In this document: one piece after another, positions 8,154-19,048 of the stretch | Numbering within the stretch: position 1 is the first letter of the stretch | Layout of the letters: each line of letters begins with the position of its first letter | Assembly: GCA_016717285.1 (NCBI GenBank) | Contig: JADKFU010000005.1 | Coordinates: 1,031,319-1,095,318, forward strand | Direction of reading: 5' to 3' | DNA: 64,000 nt | Origin: Chitinophagaceae bacterium | GTDB lineage: Bacteria; Bacteroidota; Bacteroidia; Chitinophagales; UBA10324 | Notes under the pieces: model-generated | Databases searched by the model: none | Seen by the model: only the letters and a program-made list of their open reading frames with translations | Told to the model about the DNA's origin: nothing | Position numbers and translations under genes: made by a program

Positions 8154-8918
8154 TCAACCTCTTCTTGGAACAATAAATTTAAAGTTGTCGTCATACATTG
8201 TCTTAAATTCCATTCCATAAAGCCTTTGCAAATTGATTTCATTAATTGTAACATCGGCATTGCCAAAATCAAAGCAATCCTCTGAATACAAAATTAATGC
8301 TTGGTCAGCTATAGAGATTGCTTGGTTAATGTCGTGCATTGTAACTACGATTAATTTTCCTAATTCTTTTGAAAGGTTTTTAATTTTATTTATTACAATC
8401 ATTGCATTTTTGAAATCTAAAAATGTTGTTGGCTCATCAACTAAAATTATTCTTGTTTCTTGAGCTAGTGCCATTGCAACTAAAATTAGGCGTTTTTCTC
8501 CTCCACTTAATTCTGTATAGTATCTTTCTCTTAGATGTTCTAATCCTATATCACAAAGGATTTTTTCAACAACATTAAAATCATTCTTTGTAGGAAATCC
8601 AAACTGTTTAATATGAGGTGTTCTTCCAAACATAATCATTTCTAAAACAGTAAATTTAAAGTATGGCACATGTTCTTGTGGCACAAAAGAAATTGACCTT
8701 GAAAGATGTTTATTAGAAAAACTACTTAATGATTTTTGATTAATTGAAATATGACCAGAATAACTCTTATTTAAACCCGCAAGTGTTCTTAATAAAGTTG
8801 TTTTGCCAATCCCGTTCAAACCTATAATAGACAATGTTCCTTTTTCTAAAGAAAAAGTAATGTTCCTTAAAATAGTTTTATTTCCAATGCTTACTGAAAG
8901 ATTATTTACATCTATCAT
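8154..8918 (-). CDS. ABC transporter ATP-binding protein (FecE/BtuD-type iron-chelate/cobalamin importer)
   Basis: Walker A GLNGIGKTTLL, signature LSGGEKRL, Walker B ILVDEP. The likely start is MIDVNNLSV at 8918, next to the permease stop. Confidence 0.85.
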   Translation of the reverse strand: MIDVNNLSVSIGNKTILRNITFSLEKGTLSIIGLNGIGKTTLLRTLAGLNKSYSGHISINQKSLSSFSNKHLSRSISFVPQEHVPYFKFTVLEMIMFGRTPHIKQFGFPTKNDFNVVEKILCDIGLEHLRERYYTELSGGEKRLILVAMALAQETRIILVDEPTTFLDFKNAMIVINKIKNLSKELGKLIVVTMHDINQAISIADQALILYSEDCFDFGNADVTINEINLQRLYGMEFKTMYDDNFKFIVPRRG

Positions 8919-8919
8919 C

Positions 8920-9930
8920 TTACGAACTTTTACTTTTGTAGAGTATAAAAATAAAAAAAGGCAACCCAACTATTGCAGTTACAATTCCCACTGGAATTTC
9001 AACTGATGCAATGTTTCTTGCAATTAAGTCAACCACTTGCAGGAAAACCGCTCCCAATAAGAAAGAATTTATTATTACATAAAAATTATTAGCCCCACCA
9101 ATAAACCTAACTACATGAGGAATGAGTAAACCAATCCAACCAATAGGACCGCAAACTGCTGTTACTGAACTTGTAAGCAAGGTTGTAATTCCAATAAGCA
9201 TTATTCTGAACTTATTGGTATCAATTCCTAGAACTTGGCTTTCTTGTTCTCCGAGGGATAAAACATTAATTCTCCAACTTTGGGTAATAAGAATTGTTGT
9301 GCAAATTATATTTAATGGGCTGACAAGAACAACATCCTTCCAAGATGAATTATTAAAACTTCCAAAAGTCCAATATAAAATAGATTGCAACTGTTGTTCT
9401 TCTGAAAAATATTGCAGTAAGGAAACTAAAGAAGAGAAAAAAGCAGATATGATTACACCAGATAAAACCAATGTAATTGTGTTGCCTGAAGAAAATAACC
9501 GTGAAACAAGTAATACCGATAATACTGCTACAACACCAAAAATAAATGCAAATGATTGGAGGAATAGAAAATTGTATGATTGAAAAAAAACGATGACAAT
9601 TGAAACTCCAAATGAAGCACCAGCCGATACGCCTAAAATATAGGGACTAACAAGCGGATTTTTGAAAATAGATTGTAAGACAGATCCTGCTACTGCAAGA
9701 CTTGAACCAACCAAGGAAACTAAAACTATCCTCGGCAACCGAATGCCAGATAAGATTATGCTTTGTTCTTCAGTCCATAAAATATTAGTTGTTAATCTTA
9801 GTTTGGAACAAAACCAATTTAAAATAATATTAAAGTCAATTTTGTAATTACCATACGTTAGGGAAATTGAGCTAATGACAATTAGAGAAATGAGAATAAC
9901 AACAGTAATAGTTTTCTGTTGAGCATTCAT
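8920..9930 (-). CDS. FecCD/BtuC-family ABC permease
   Basis: 336-aa polytopic protein with typical FecCD features: ...LSGIRLPRIVLVSLVGSSLAVAGSVLQSIFKNPLVSPYILGVSAGASFG... Confidence 0.9.
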   Translation of the reverse strand: MNAQQKTITVVILISLIVISSISLTYGNYKIDFNIILNWFCSKLRLTTNILWTEEQSIILSGIRLPRIVLVSLVGSSLAVAGSVLQSIFKNPLVSPYILGVSAGASFGVSIVIVFFQSYNFLFLQSFAFIFGVVAVLSVLLVSRLFSSGNTITLVLSGVIISAFFSSLVSLLQYFSEEQQLQSILYWTFGSFNNSSWKDVVLVSPLNIICTTILITQSWRINVLSLGEQESQVLGIDTNKFRIMLIGITTLLTSSVTAVCGPIGWIGLLIPHVVRFIGGANNFYVIINSFLLGAVFLQVVDLIARNIASVEIPVGIVTAIVGLPFFIFILYKSKSS

Positions 9931-10904
9931 TGGTTGTTTTGTTTTACGATTTCAATAAACCTATTATAGTCAGCTTCGGGATTAAAATCACTAAATAATT
10001 CAGGCTGTAACCATTTTGCTTTTTCTATAATTCCGAAAATTGTTTCTAAACGATACTCTGTCCAACCTGAATGTTCTTGAAATACTCTTTTATTTTTGAC
10101 AGCATTAATATTTTTCCATCTTACATCATTGAAAATATCTTCGGGCTCAATAGAAGCCCTGTCCCGAATAATTATCACATCTGGATTGAATTTGTATATG
10201 TCTTCAAATGACATTTGCAAACTTGTAGCATTATCGCCAAGCCCATTAGTCACGAGTTGACCACCTGCTAAATCAATTATCTCTCCTTGGACATTACCAC
10301 CAAGAGATGTTAATGCGTCAGTTCGGACATAATAAACTTTTGGTCTTTTATTCAGAGGAATATTTTTAGAAATTTCAAAAATTTTATCTTCAATATTTTT
10401 AAATAATTCGTAAATCCTTAGCGACTGCTGCTTTTTTCCAATGATGTCTCCATAAAATAAAGTTTCGTCCATAATATCTTTCAAACTTTTAGGGTATGTG
10501 GCAATAGCCACATACCCTAATTGCTCTAATCGTTCGATAACTGGTTTTTCAGTTCCGCTAAAAACAATATCCGGTTTAATCGAAATTATTTTCTCATAAT
10601 TAATATTGCCATGTCCTACTTGTGGAAACTTCAACATTTCTGGGAAATTAGTATTTAGAAAAAGAGAATTTTTTTCATTTATTTTTCCTATCCCTACAAT
10701 TTTCCCTTTCCCACCAATTGCACAAATAATTTCTGCCTGAACATAATATAAAGGAATTATTCGCTCTACATTCTGTGGAATATCAATTGAACGGTTGAAG
10801 TAATCCTTTATTAATCTATCAATCTTACTTGTTCCAGCATTTTGATTACAAGAAAAAATTGTAAACAGCAAAAAAACAAAAATGATTGAAGCAATAGATT
10901 TCAT
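9927..10904 (-). CDS. periplasmic binding protein (FecB/BtuF family) lipoprotein
   Basis: Signal peptide ending FSC. Position within the TBDR-SBP-permease-ATPase string, with 4-nt overlaps on both sides. Confidence 0.8.
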   Translation of the reverse strand: MKSIASIIFVFLLFTIFSCNQNAGTSKIDRLIKDYFNRSIDIPQNVERIIPLYYVQAEIICAIGGKGKIVGIGKINEKNSLFLNTNFPEMLKFPQVGHGNINYEKIISIKPDIVFSGTEKPVIERLEQLGYVAIATYPKSLKDIMDETLFYGDIIGKKQQSLRIYELFKNIEDKIFEISKNIPLNKRPKVYYVRTDALTSLGGNVQGEIIDLAGGQLVTNGLGDNATSLQMSFEDIYKFNPDVIIIRDRASIEPEDIFNDVRWKNINAVKNKRVFQEHSGWTEYRLETIFGIIEKAKWLQPELFSDFNPEADYNRFIEIVKQNNQ

Positions 10905-12861
10905 TTTGAAGGAACTTTAAAGTCAAAAGTTAATCCAACACGAAATTCTCTCCCTGGTAACGGTTGGTCAAATGCACTGACATAGTTTCGGTCAAGGAGG
11001 TTATTTAGTTTAAACCAAAATGTAAAATACTTAATTGGCTTTGATGTAAAACCTAAATCAAAAATTGAATAAACTGGTAGTTCATACCAAATACTTTGAT
11101 TATCATAATTTCTTTTTGAAACAAATGTATATGTTAAGTCGATGCCAAAATACTTAATAGGCATGTAGGAAATAAATGTCCTTAATTGATGTTCTGGGCG
11201 ATATGCAATGAAATCCGATGTCCGATTATCAGAAGTATTTTTAGCATTTAAGTATGAATAACTAACCATTCCAAACAGTTTATCACTTGGCGAATATTTA
11301 ATCATTAACTCACCACCTGAAAATATTGCTGATTGTAAATTGATAACTTGGTTTGTTGTATCGGTGGCTTTAACTTGTGTAATAAGATTTTTGATGTTGC
11401 TGTAATAGCCACCCAATTGTACGGATAATTTGTTTCTAAAAAAATTGGAACCAATACCAAAATCCAAATTGTCACTAATTTCATAAGTTAAGTCGGGGTT
11501 AGCGACATAACCAATTAAAACATCCCCAAATAAATCCCTCATCCGGGGAAATATTGAATTGCGACTATATCCAGCATGAACTTTATATTTTAAACTTAAT
11601 GGACTATAAGCAGCAGAAAATTGATAGTTCCAAACGGATAAATCTTTTCTAATGATATTTTCATTGCTGCTTGTATAGCTTGGGTTAGTAAAGTTATATG
11701 AAGCCCCTGCGTTAATGAAAATTCTTTTAACAAATTCTCCTCTATATTCTAACGCAGATAATAGAGTATTTGCTTTGGTGGTTGCAGTTGTAAACCAAGC
11801 TTGTTCGTGAATATCATTTTTGTAGTCAATTGAGTAGTTTAATTTATGTAACTTGTTTATTTGATAAGACAAGATACTTCTTGCTCCAATTGTTTTATCA
11901 TTCCAATAGCTAAATCGTTTAATGGAAGTAAATGTTTTATCATTATACTCATTCAGAGTATCATTTAAGTATGTGTAATAAATGTTTGTTTCCAAATTAA
12001 TTTTATTTCCAAATGATGAGGTATGTCTAAGCCCAATTATTGTATTGTGCCAAAAATCCATTCGCCTATATCTCGGGTTTGAAATTGATGGCGGATAACC
12101 AAACTTACTTTCATTGTGCATTCCTGTTATGCTAATATGATGTTTACTATTTGGTGCATATGTTATTGTGCCAAATAATTCTAAATTCTCTTGGTCGCTG
12201 TTAACTCGGTTTCTATTTGTTTGACTTGAAATTGTATCAAATTCATTTGAAAGATTAAAAGAATTTCTTTTAAAATAATTAGCGGATGCTTGGTAATAGA
12301 ATTTCTTTTTTATGTTCCCTGTAATTAAGGTATTGTAGCTTTGTTTACCATTATTGCCCCAAAACGAATTAAATTTAATTCCAAATTTTTCATCAGTAAA
12401 GATTCTATTGTCTATTCTAATTACATTTCCTGATGAATTAGCCCCATAAATTAAGGAGGCATTTCCTTTCTCAATTGAAATATCAGAGTTCGTAAAAAAC
12501 AAGCCGTCAGTGCTTATTCTACCTTCCGTATTTGACCTTAAGGGAATACCATTGTAGAAAATATTTACACGATTTTGTTCAAACCCTCTGATATTCAAAG
12601 TCTGTCCACCAATTCGTCAGGAACTCTATAAATTCCTGGTAAAAAGGTTAATCCATCTGTAATTTTTTCTGGTCGTATTAAAGCAACTTGTTCAGTCAAT
12701 AAGTTGCTGTTTGTTGTGTTTGAATTTACTTGTTTGGAAAAGCCATATGCAGTAACAATTACTTGAGGCAAGTCATTAGTAGCAATTGTGTCATTCGGAA
12801 TTTGGGCATACAGTCCAAGTGTCAAAAAGCAAAAAACTAAAAGTGTTGTGAGGTGTTTCAT
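10901..12861 (-). pseudogene. TonB-dependent receptor split by a frameshift in the plug domain
   Basis: ORF 12595..12861 gives the signal peptide and the start of the plug (...GLTFLPGIYRVPDE). The frame then shifts to IGGQTLNIRGFEQNRVNIFYNGIPL... in ORF 10901..12598. The shift lies at about 12610-12625. The C-terminus REFRVGLTFDF is typical of a TBDR barrel end. Confidence 0.8.
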
Positions 12862-13337
12862 ATTTTTAAAAATTGGGTTATGTCAATGTCAATTTGAATA
12901 AACGGTTGTCCATAGTTTTGTCGGTCGGGTAGCGGTTAGCATTGCACACAACATTTGTATTTACGTCACAGTGCCGTTTATTTTTCCTATTCTATTTTTG
13001 TGTTAAAGTATTGAAAAACAATTATTGTTATTTTAATGCTGAATATGCGAATGACGCAAATATTCCAACCTCGCTAGTCTGGATTTGTAATATAAGTGTT
13101 CTAAACACTTATCCAATATACATCTTAGTTATTTTCGCAAGAGGTTATTTTGATGTCCACGTGCTGTTCTGATAATGCCGCTGATTATTTGCTGAGTAAG
13201 CATTATATAAATAGCAATTCGGGTTTAATTTAACCTTTAATTTTATTCGTTGAAAGATCGCATTAATCCGTCAATAAAGCTTTCAAAGGTTTCGAACACC
13301 TGTGTTTATAAATCCGGACTAACAACGTAAAGACTAA

Positions 13338-14030
13338 TCATGGTTTTACTTCTTCCGCATCATCAACAGGTGCTTCCGGTGGTGGTGGTGGTGTATCAGC
13401 ATTCACATCCGCATTATCATCTGTTATGGTTGGATCAGCAACCGCCGGTGGAGCAACTACTACCGGCTCATATTCACCTTTTCCATTTGCCTGATCCTTT
13501 AGTTTTTTGGAGGCGGGCCATTGTGAATGTTCTTTATCCAATATGGATTCAATCCGCTGAACAAATAGTGCTTCGCGGTGTACTCCGTGTTCTCCATAAT
13601 CTCCAATCCTGAAATCATATAAATGAATCTCCCGTTTCATCTCTTCCCTCGTGTTACGGTAGTTGACATAATTTTCAAAGTAGTTGAAGGTCTTCAGCGC
13701 TGTTGTGAGAATGGCTACCGAAGCGGTGATGATGACCACGAATATTTTTATGTGCAGCATGATCCAAAAGGTATTTGTCACTTCTATTTTAAGTCCATCA
13801 ATAGCGACCAACACCGGCGCGGAGGCAGAAAGGATGATGAGCGCCCATTGAAATTTTTTGTACTTGTCACGGTTCTCACGAGATGATTTCGCGTAGTAAC
13901 TCATTTGCTCTTCATACCGGTTCTTGATATAATCATCAAAGGCAGCTTTATTCATGTTGGTCATTTTAATGGTAAAAGCAAATCGGAAGTTATGTTGGAT
14001 TAAAGATAATTTTTTTGATAATAAATTCAA
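13338..14030 (-). CDS. DUF4231 / SLATT-like two-TM protein with a Pro/Asp/Ala-rich tail
   Basis: N-terminal Y..KSSRENRDKYKKFQ segment followed by two TM helices (WALIILSASAPVLVAI, IKIFVVIITASVAILTTAL), typical of DUF4231. The true start is probably MTNMNK at 13964. Confidence 0.65.
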   Translation of the reverse strand: MNLLSKKLSLIQHNFRFAFTIKMTNMNKAAFDDYIKNRYEEQMSYYAKSSRENRDKYKKFQWALIILSASAPVLVAIDGLKIEVTNTFWIMLHIKIFVVIITASVAILTTALKTFNYFENYVNYRNTREEMKREIHLYDFRIGDYGEHGVHREALFVQRIESILDKEHSQWPASKKLKDQANGKGEYEPVVVAPPAVADPTITDDNADVNADTPPPPPEAPVDDAEEVKP

Positions 14031-14212
14031 ACCTGGTTCTGAGAAAGTCCCAAAAGAACAATGTCGTTTAGTTAAGAGTCAAGTCTCGTTAGAGACGTTC
14101 TTTTGGTAGCAAATTGCGGAGTTTTTTTACGTCCTGATAAGGACGTTCATTTAAAACTAAATGACATTGCCTGAAAGAGAGCTAAATCTTCAAAGGAGTT
14201 ACATCACTGCTT

Positions 14213-16075
14213 TCAATAACTGATGTATTCATCAAACAATGTTTGTAAATAGGCCTTGCCTGATTTCATCTCTGTTTCGGAAAGGTGGTGGTTTTGGATG
14301 GTATTGTTTTTGGAATCGTATAGCATGCTGCCGTTGTCAGTCATCCATCCAAATGCGTCATCAGAAGTATAATAAGCAAAGTTGTTGCGGAAGGGATTTA
14401 ATAGATTATTGCTCCATGCAAATTCCCGGTAAGGGATTTTTAATTGGGCCAGCAATGTTGCAGGAAGGTCTGACTGCATTCCCAGGTTGGAAATTTTTGT
14501 TCCGCGAAATGATTCCCTGATAACAGGACCATAAAAAATGAGCGGAATGTGAAAGCGCGCCGGTTCACGCGGATTCCTGTTGTACGGTTGCAGGTGACCA
14601 TGATCTGCAACAATAATAAACAGCGTGTTCTGATACCATTCTTCTTTTTTTACGTGCTCAAAATATTCGCCGATGGATTCATCAGTGTATGCACATGCAT
14701 TCTTGAATTTTGCAGCGGCATCTTCTCCCGGAAACTTCGTTTCCATCGGCACTTCAAAGGGTTCATGGCTGCTGAGCGATAGAATCACTGAGAAAAAAGG
14801 AACACGTTCGCTGCTGATATCAGTGGCCTGCTTCTGAAAAACGTAGCCATCATGTGCTCCCCATTTTGCATTCATTTCATCAGCGGAAAAGGAATTTTTG
14901 TCAGTGATCTTTTCAATTCCTGCAGCTAACAGGTATGCTTTCATATTCGCAAACGCCGCTTCACCACCATAAAAAAATGAAGTATGATATCCGTTGGCCG
15001 CCATTCTTTCCGGAAGGAAATTCAGATGCTTGAATTTTTCCGGCTGCATAATGATGGAGAAATTTGGTTGCGCAGGAAATCCGCTCAACACATCCGCAAG
15101 TCCCTGATCAGTTCTGAAGCCCTGTGAATAAATGGTATTGAACAATAGTCCATGCTGAATAAGCGAATCAAGATTTGGCGTCACTCCATTTTCTCCGCCC
15201 AGCGCTTGCACAACATCTGCAGTAAAGCTTTCTAAAAGAAAAAGCACTACGTTCGGACGAGTTGTGGTTAACACAGAAATGGTAGAATCTTTTTGTACTG
15301 TAAATAATGTTTTCACCAAATCAATTGCTTCATTTTTCGGAAGAAACCTGTAAGGATTTGTGTACAGTGATTTATTATCCTGCATGAATTTTTTGCCGGC
15401 ATTCCAAACAGTGTTCACTGCGGCATCATTAAGTATTTGCTTTTTTGAAAAGTATGCGCTGCTTTCATTGATGGGAATTTGTTGCCATCCACCTCTGATA
15501 CCTAAAAACAGCAAGATTGATAAAATTAAATGTATGGCAACAACCTTCAAAAACCTGGCATCTCTCCAAACGAATTGATAATTGCGGGATCGGAAGAATT
15601 GACGGAAGAGCAATAGTCCAACCAACAATTGTATCAACAGCAGCACCAGCAGCAGCACGGAATCTGAGAATTTGGTAAATGCAGCTCCGTCTTTTGCATA
15701 CTTCAGGTAATGGATAGCACGGTAGCTCAGCTTGGTTCCCCAATCCGAATAAATGGCAAGATCGAATACACAGATAAATGAAGTGATGATTAATGCAATC
15801 ACAGTGTATGATAAAAGAAAATGACGATAGAAGTTCAAGCTTGTAAACTGTTGAAACAATAACAACAGCACGGGCAAGATCAATACATAACAGGCAGCAG
15901 AAAAGTCGAGCGGAATGCCATGCACAAAAGTTGTGAGCGTTTCCGTGACCGGTATGCCGGAAAATTTTTGAAAGAAGAACAGGATGAAAATGATACGGTT
16001 AACCAGGAAAATGATCCACCAGAAGAGGAACAATTTTAAAATCAACAACAGGTAATTTTTCATAGCAGCAATCAA
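14213..16075 (-). CDS. LTA-synthase-family sulfatase / phosphoglycerol transferase-like membrane protein
   Basis: Five N-terminal TM helices followed by a sulfatase domain (...LESFTAD..., ...LFIIVADHGH...). Confidence 0.85.
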   Translation of the reverse strand: MIAAMKNYLLLILKLFLFWWIIFLVNRIIFILFFFQKFSGIPVTETLTTFVHGIPLDFSAACYVLILPVLLLLFQQFTSLNFYRHFLLSYTVIALIITSFICVFDLAIYSDWGTKLSYRAIHYLKYAKDGAAFTKFSDSVLLLVLLLIQLLVGLLLFRQFFRSRNYQFVWRDARFLKVVAIHLILSILLFLGIRGGWQQIPINESSAYFSKKQILNDAAVNTVWNAGKKFMQDNKSLYTNPYRFLPKNEAIDLVKTLFTVQKDSTISVLTTTRPNVVLFLLESFTADVVQALGGENGVTPNLDSLIQHGLLFNTIYSQGFRTDQGLADVLSGFPAQPNFSIIMQPEKFKHLNFLPERMAANGYHTSFFYGGEAAFANMKAYLLAAGIEKITDKNSFSADEMNAKWGAHDGYVFQKQATDISSERVPFFSVILSLSSHEPFEVPMETKFPGEDAAAKFKNACAYTDESIGEYFEHVKKEEWYQNTLFIIVADHGHLQPYNRNPREPARFHIPLIFYGPVIRESFRGTKISNLGMQSDLPATLLAQLKIPYREFAWSNNLLNPFRNNFAYYTSDDAFGWMTDNGSMLYDSKNNTIQNHHLSETEMKSGKAYLQTLFDEYISY

Positions 16076-16219
16076 CCCTCCATCAAAAGTGATGTTGTAA
16101 AATTAACGGAATAGTTGAAGGGTTAAAAGGGCTGCCAGAGCATGTGTCCATTAGAAAACTAACTGTTCTCCCATTGAAAGAACTAACTCCGCCATCGAAA
16201 AACAATTGAATAAAATATA

Positions 16220-16347
16220 AGAAGTTGTTTTGAAATCAATCAATATAATTGTTACATCGCTTACCCTTCGGCTGCGCTCAGGGTGCGCTTCTGGCAAAGC
16301 CGAACCAAAGAGCATTGTAAAAAAATTAGTTGATTTCGAAATTCTAA
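16220..16347 (-). repeat. MITE-like ~130-bp element, copy 1 (inverted relative to copies 2 and 3; one end shortened)
   Basis: Near-identical to the reverse complement of 19049-19183. Terminal inverted repeats GTTTTGAAATCAAT; internal CCCTTCGGCTGCGCTCAGGG core. Confidence 0.85.
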
Positions 16348-16383
16348 GTGAGCTGGAAGATTTCGAGGTAGCCTTGCACTTTC

Positions 16384-16935
16384 CTATTCCGGCAAAGCGA
16401 ATTTTTCCGGGTGACAGGCCGTAATGTCTTTATAGAAATCCGCAATGATTTTAAAGTCAGCTTTGATATCACCGCTTGGTGTAAAATAAGGTCCCATGCC
16501 TGCTTTCTTTTGTTTGAAATCGATGTAGGCCATGATGATGGGTACATTGGCTCCCAGTGCCACATGGTAAAAACCTTTTTTCCATCTTGATGTGCGTTTG
16601 CGTGTGCCTTCGGGAGGAAAAACCACGATGGCTTTTTCATTACTGTTCAGATAGTCAATCATGGCCTCTACCATGCCATTGTGCTTGCCACGATCAACGG
16701 GTACGCCGCCCAACCGGATAAACATATTTTTCAACGGCCACTTAAAGAGTTCTTTTTTCGCCAGGTACTTTGCGTCGAAGCCCAGCAACTGTTTGGCGGC
16801 AGCACCAAAAATAAAATCCCAGCCGCTGGTATGTGGTGCTACAATCATGACGCATTTTTTTAATTCAGGAGGAACATTCGCACCCAGTTTCCACCCGCGG
16901 AATTTAAAATACCACATGACAAACCTTTCAAACAC
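16384..16935 (-). CDS. 1-acyl-sn-glycerol-3-phosphate acyltransferase family (PlsC-like)
   Basis: HX4D motif (APHTSGWDF) and FPPEGTR motif. Confidence 0.8.
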   Translation of the reverse strand: MFERFVMWYFKFRGWKLGANVPPELKKCVMIVAPHTSGWDFIFGAAAKQLLGFDAKYLAKKELFKWPLKNMFIRLGGVPVDRGKHNGMVEAMIDYLNSNEKAIVVFPPEGTRKRTSRWKKGFYHVALGANVPIIMAYIDFKQKKAGMGPYFTPSGDIKADFKIIADFYKDITACHPEKFALPE

Positions 16936-17026
16936 GACCGAAATATTTTTTTCAAGATAGAAAAATAATTGAAGCCATAAGGTGCATAATTTTTTTGCAG
17001 GAGCGGTTTGTTCTTACTTTGTAGCA

Positions 17027-17843
17027 ATGTTTGGTGTACCGACGAGTTTCTTTATTCCGATAAAATCTTCTTTCATACATGCCCTACGGTTTGGTGCCGG
17101 CGATCAACTGCTTATTTGTTTTCACGGCTTTGGTGAAGAGGCCGCAAAATTCAGTGCCTTACAACCATCTCTGGGCAAATTATTTACCGTGGTTGCCATA
17201 GATCTTCCGTTTCATGGAGACACAAAGTGGCAGGAGGGAGCACTTTTTTGCAGGAAGATTTAAAGGTGCTGATTCTTGAAATTCTTAAACGTGAAGGAAA
17301 AGAACGATTTTCATTATTGGGCTATAGCCTTGGAGGAAAAATTGTGCTGGCCACGATACCACATTTTCCTTCATTGATTGATTCAGTCCTTTTAGCTGCA
17401 CCTGATGGTGTGGTTGTGAATGCCTGGTACAATGTGGCCGTGTATCCCGAATGGGGAAGAAAACTTTTTAAGCGCTTCGTGGTAAAGCCATCATTTATTT
17501 TCCGGGTGGCACGGATGCTCAGATTCACCGGTGTATTGAGCGAAAGTTTTTTAAATTTTTGCAGATCCAAACCAATACAGAAGATAAAAGACGCAAAGTT
17601 TACAATGTTTGGATGACCATAAAAGATTTCGAAGTGCAATTGCAGGAAGTAAAAGATCTGCTCAACCGTTATCACATCAAAAGCTATATTTTCATTGGGA
17701 AATACGATAAGGTGATTACTGAAAAAACCGGAAAAAAATTTGTATCGGGATTGCATGATTGTCAATATGTGTTACTTGAAAAGGGTCACAACCTCATTAC
17801 TGAATCTCTAAATGAACCATTGTTGCAGGCGTTAAAGTCATGA
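17027..17843 (+). pseudogene. alpha/beta hydrolase split into three ORFs by two homopolymer frameshifts
   Basis: The protein reads through ...HGDTKWQEGALF|LQEDLKV...GYSLGGK...SFLNF|LQIQTN...EKGHNL if one T is added in the T6 run 17244-17249 and in the T5 run 17556-17560. The nucleophile elbow is GYSLGG. Confidence 0.8.
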
Positions 17844-18976
17844 TAGTCTATACCATCATTGTTCTGTTGTTGACAGTTGGTTACGTGCTCCTCTTCATTT
17901 TTTATCTCACCGGATGGTTTCTTTTACCGGAATATGTTCGCCGCGCGGATACAGCCACAACGAAAGTATCGGTGGTGATTGCAGCGAGAAACGAAGCATT
18001 AAATATTGGTGCGCTGCTGCAGGATATTACGTTGCAAACCTATCCTTCCCATCTCACTGAAATTATGGTGGTGGACGATTTTTCAACGGATGATACAGCA
18101 GCAATTGTCAGCTCATTTTCAAAAAGAAATGTAAAGCTGTTGCGGTTGCAGGATCAAATATTGGAAGATCAATTTCACGGTAGTTTTAAAAAGAAAGCGT
18201 TGGAAGCTGGCATCACAGCAACTTCGGGTGAACTGATCATCACCACTGACGCAGATTGCAGAATGGGTAAAGATTGGTTGGCCACGCTGGCTGATTTTTA
18301 TGAAAAGGAGCAATGTCACATGGTGGTGGCACCTGTTTCATTTACAAACGAAGTTTCTGTTTTTGAAAAATTACAATCCCTGGACTTTCTTGGAATGATT
18401 GGAATTACTGCAGCCACTTTGCAATTTAATTTTCCGGTTATGTGCAACGGCGCCAATCTTGCTTTTCGCAGAAGATCATTTGAAGCAGTTAACGGTTATG
18501 ATGGCATTAATAAGGTAACGTCAGGAGATGATGTATTACTGATGCAAAAAATTGCACTGCGATGGAAAAGCAGCATTCACTTTTTAAAAAACAGGGATGC
18601 GATGGTGACCACTTTTGCGATGCCTGAGCTGGAATCATTTATTCAACAACGAATCCGTTGGACTTCCAAATCGAAACATTATGTTGACTGGCGCATCAAT
18701 GCTAATCTTTTATGGGTTTACCTGTTTAATCTTTCGATCGTGTTTACTACACTGATGTGTTTTTTTAACAGCACTTACTTTTTCTTACTTGCTTTTCAGC
18801 TTGCGCTGAAAATGACGGTAGAGATTGCTTTCCTCTCCGGCGTTACCGCTTTTTTCAACCGCCGTAAGCTGATGCGCTTATTTTTGCCGGCGCAATTGTT
18901 TCATATCATTTATCTTGTGGTGATTGGCACCATGGGAAATAGCATGAAATTTAAGTGGAAGGGAAGACGCCAATGA
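17840..18976 (+). CDS. family 2 glycosyltransferase, membrane-anchored (processive type, QxxRW)
   Basis: VSVVIAARNE..., TDADC, and QQRIRW motifs, with TM helices at both ends. Confidence 0.85.
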   Translation: MIVYTIIVLLLTVGYVLLFIFYLTGWFLLPEYVRRADTATTKVSVVIAARNEALNIGALLQDITLQTYPSHLTEIMVVDDFSTDDTAAIVSSFSKRNVKLLRLQDQILEDQFHGSFKKKALEAGITATSGELIITTDADCRMGKDWLATLADFYEKEQCHMVVAPVSFTNEVSVFEKLQSLDFLGMIGITAATLQFNFPVMCNGANLAFRRRSFEAVNGYDGINKVTSGDDVLLMQKIALRWKSSIHFLKNRDAMVTTFAMPELESFIQQRIRWTSKSKHYVDWRINANLLWVYLFNLSIVFTTLMCFFNSTYFFLLAFQLALKMTVEIAFLSGVTAFFNRRKLMRLFLPAQLFHIIYLVVIGTMGNSMKFKWKGRRQ

Positions 18977-19048
18977 TAAGTCTGACTGATAAAACTGCAG
19001 ATTCATTTTTGCTTTTTAATGGATGTCACGCTGAAAAATTTGAATGGG

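Noticed and set aside
12862-13010. Cobalamin riboswitch upstream of the TonB-dependent receptor / BtuCDF-like cluster
   Set aside because: On the minus strand I found only a weak GGCACTG resemblance to the B12 box. None of the other conserved elements is present (AGGGAA, GGTGAAA, GCCACTG...AGYCAGGAGACCTGCC). A covariance-model search would be needed to overturn this.
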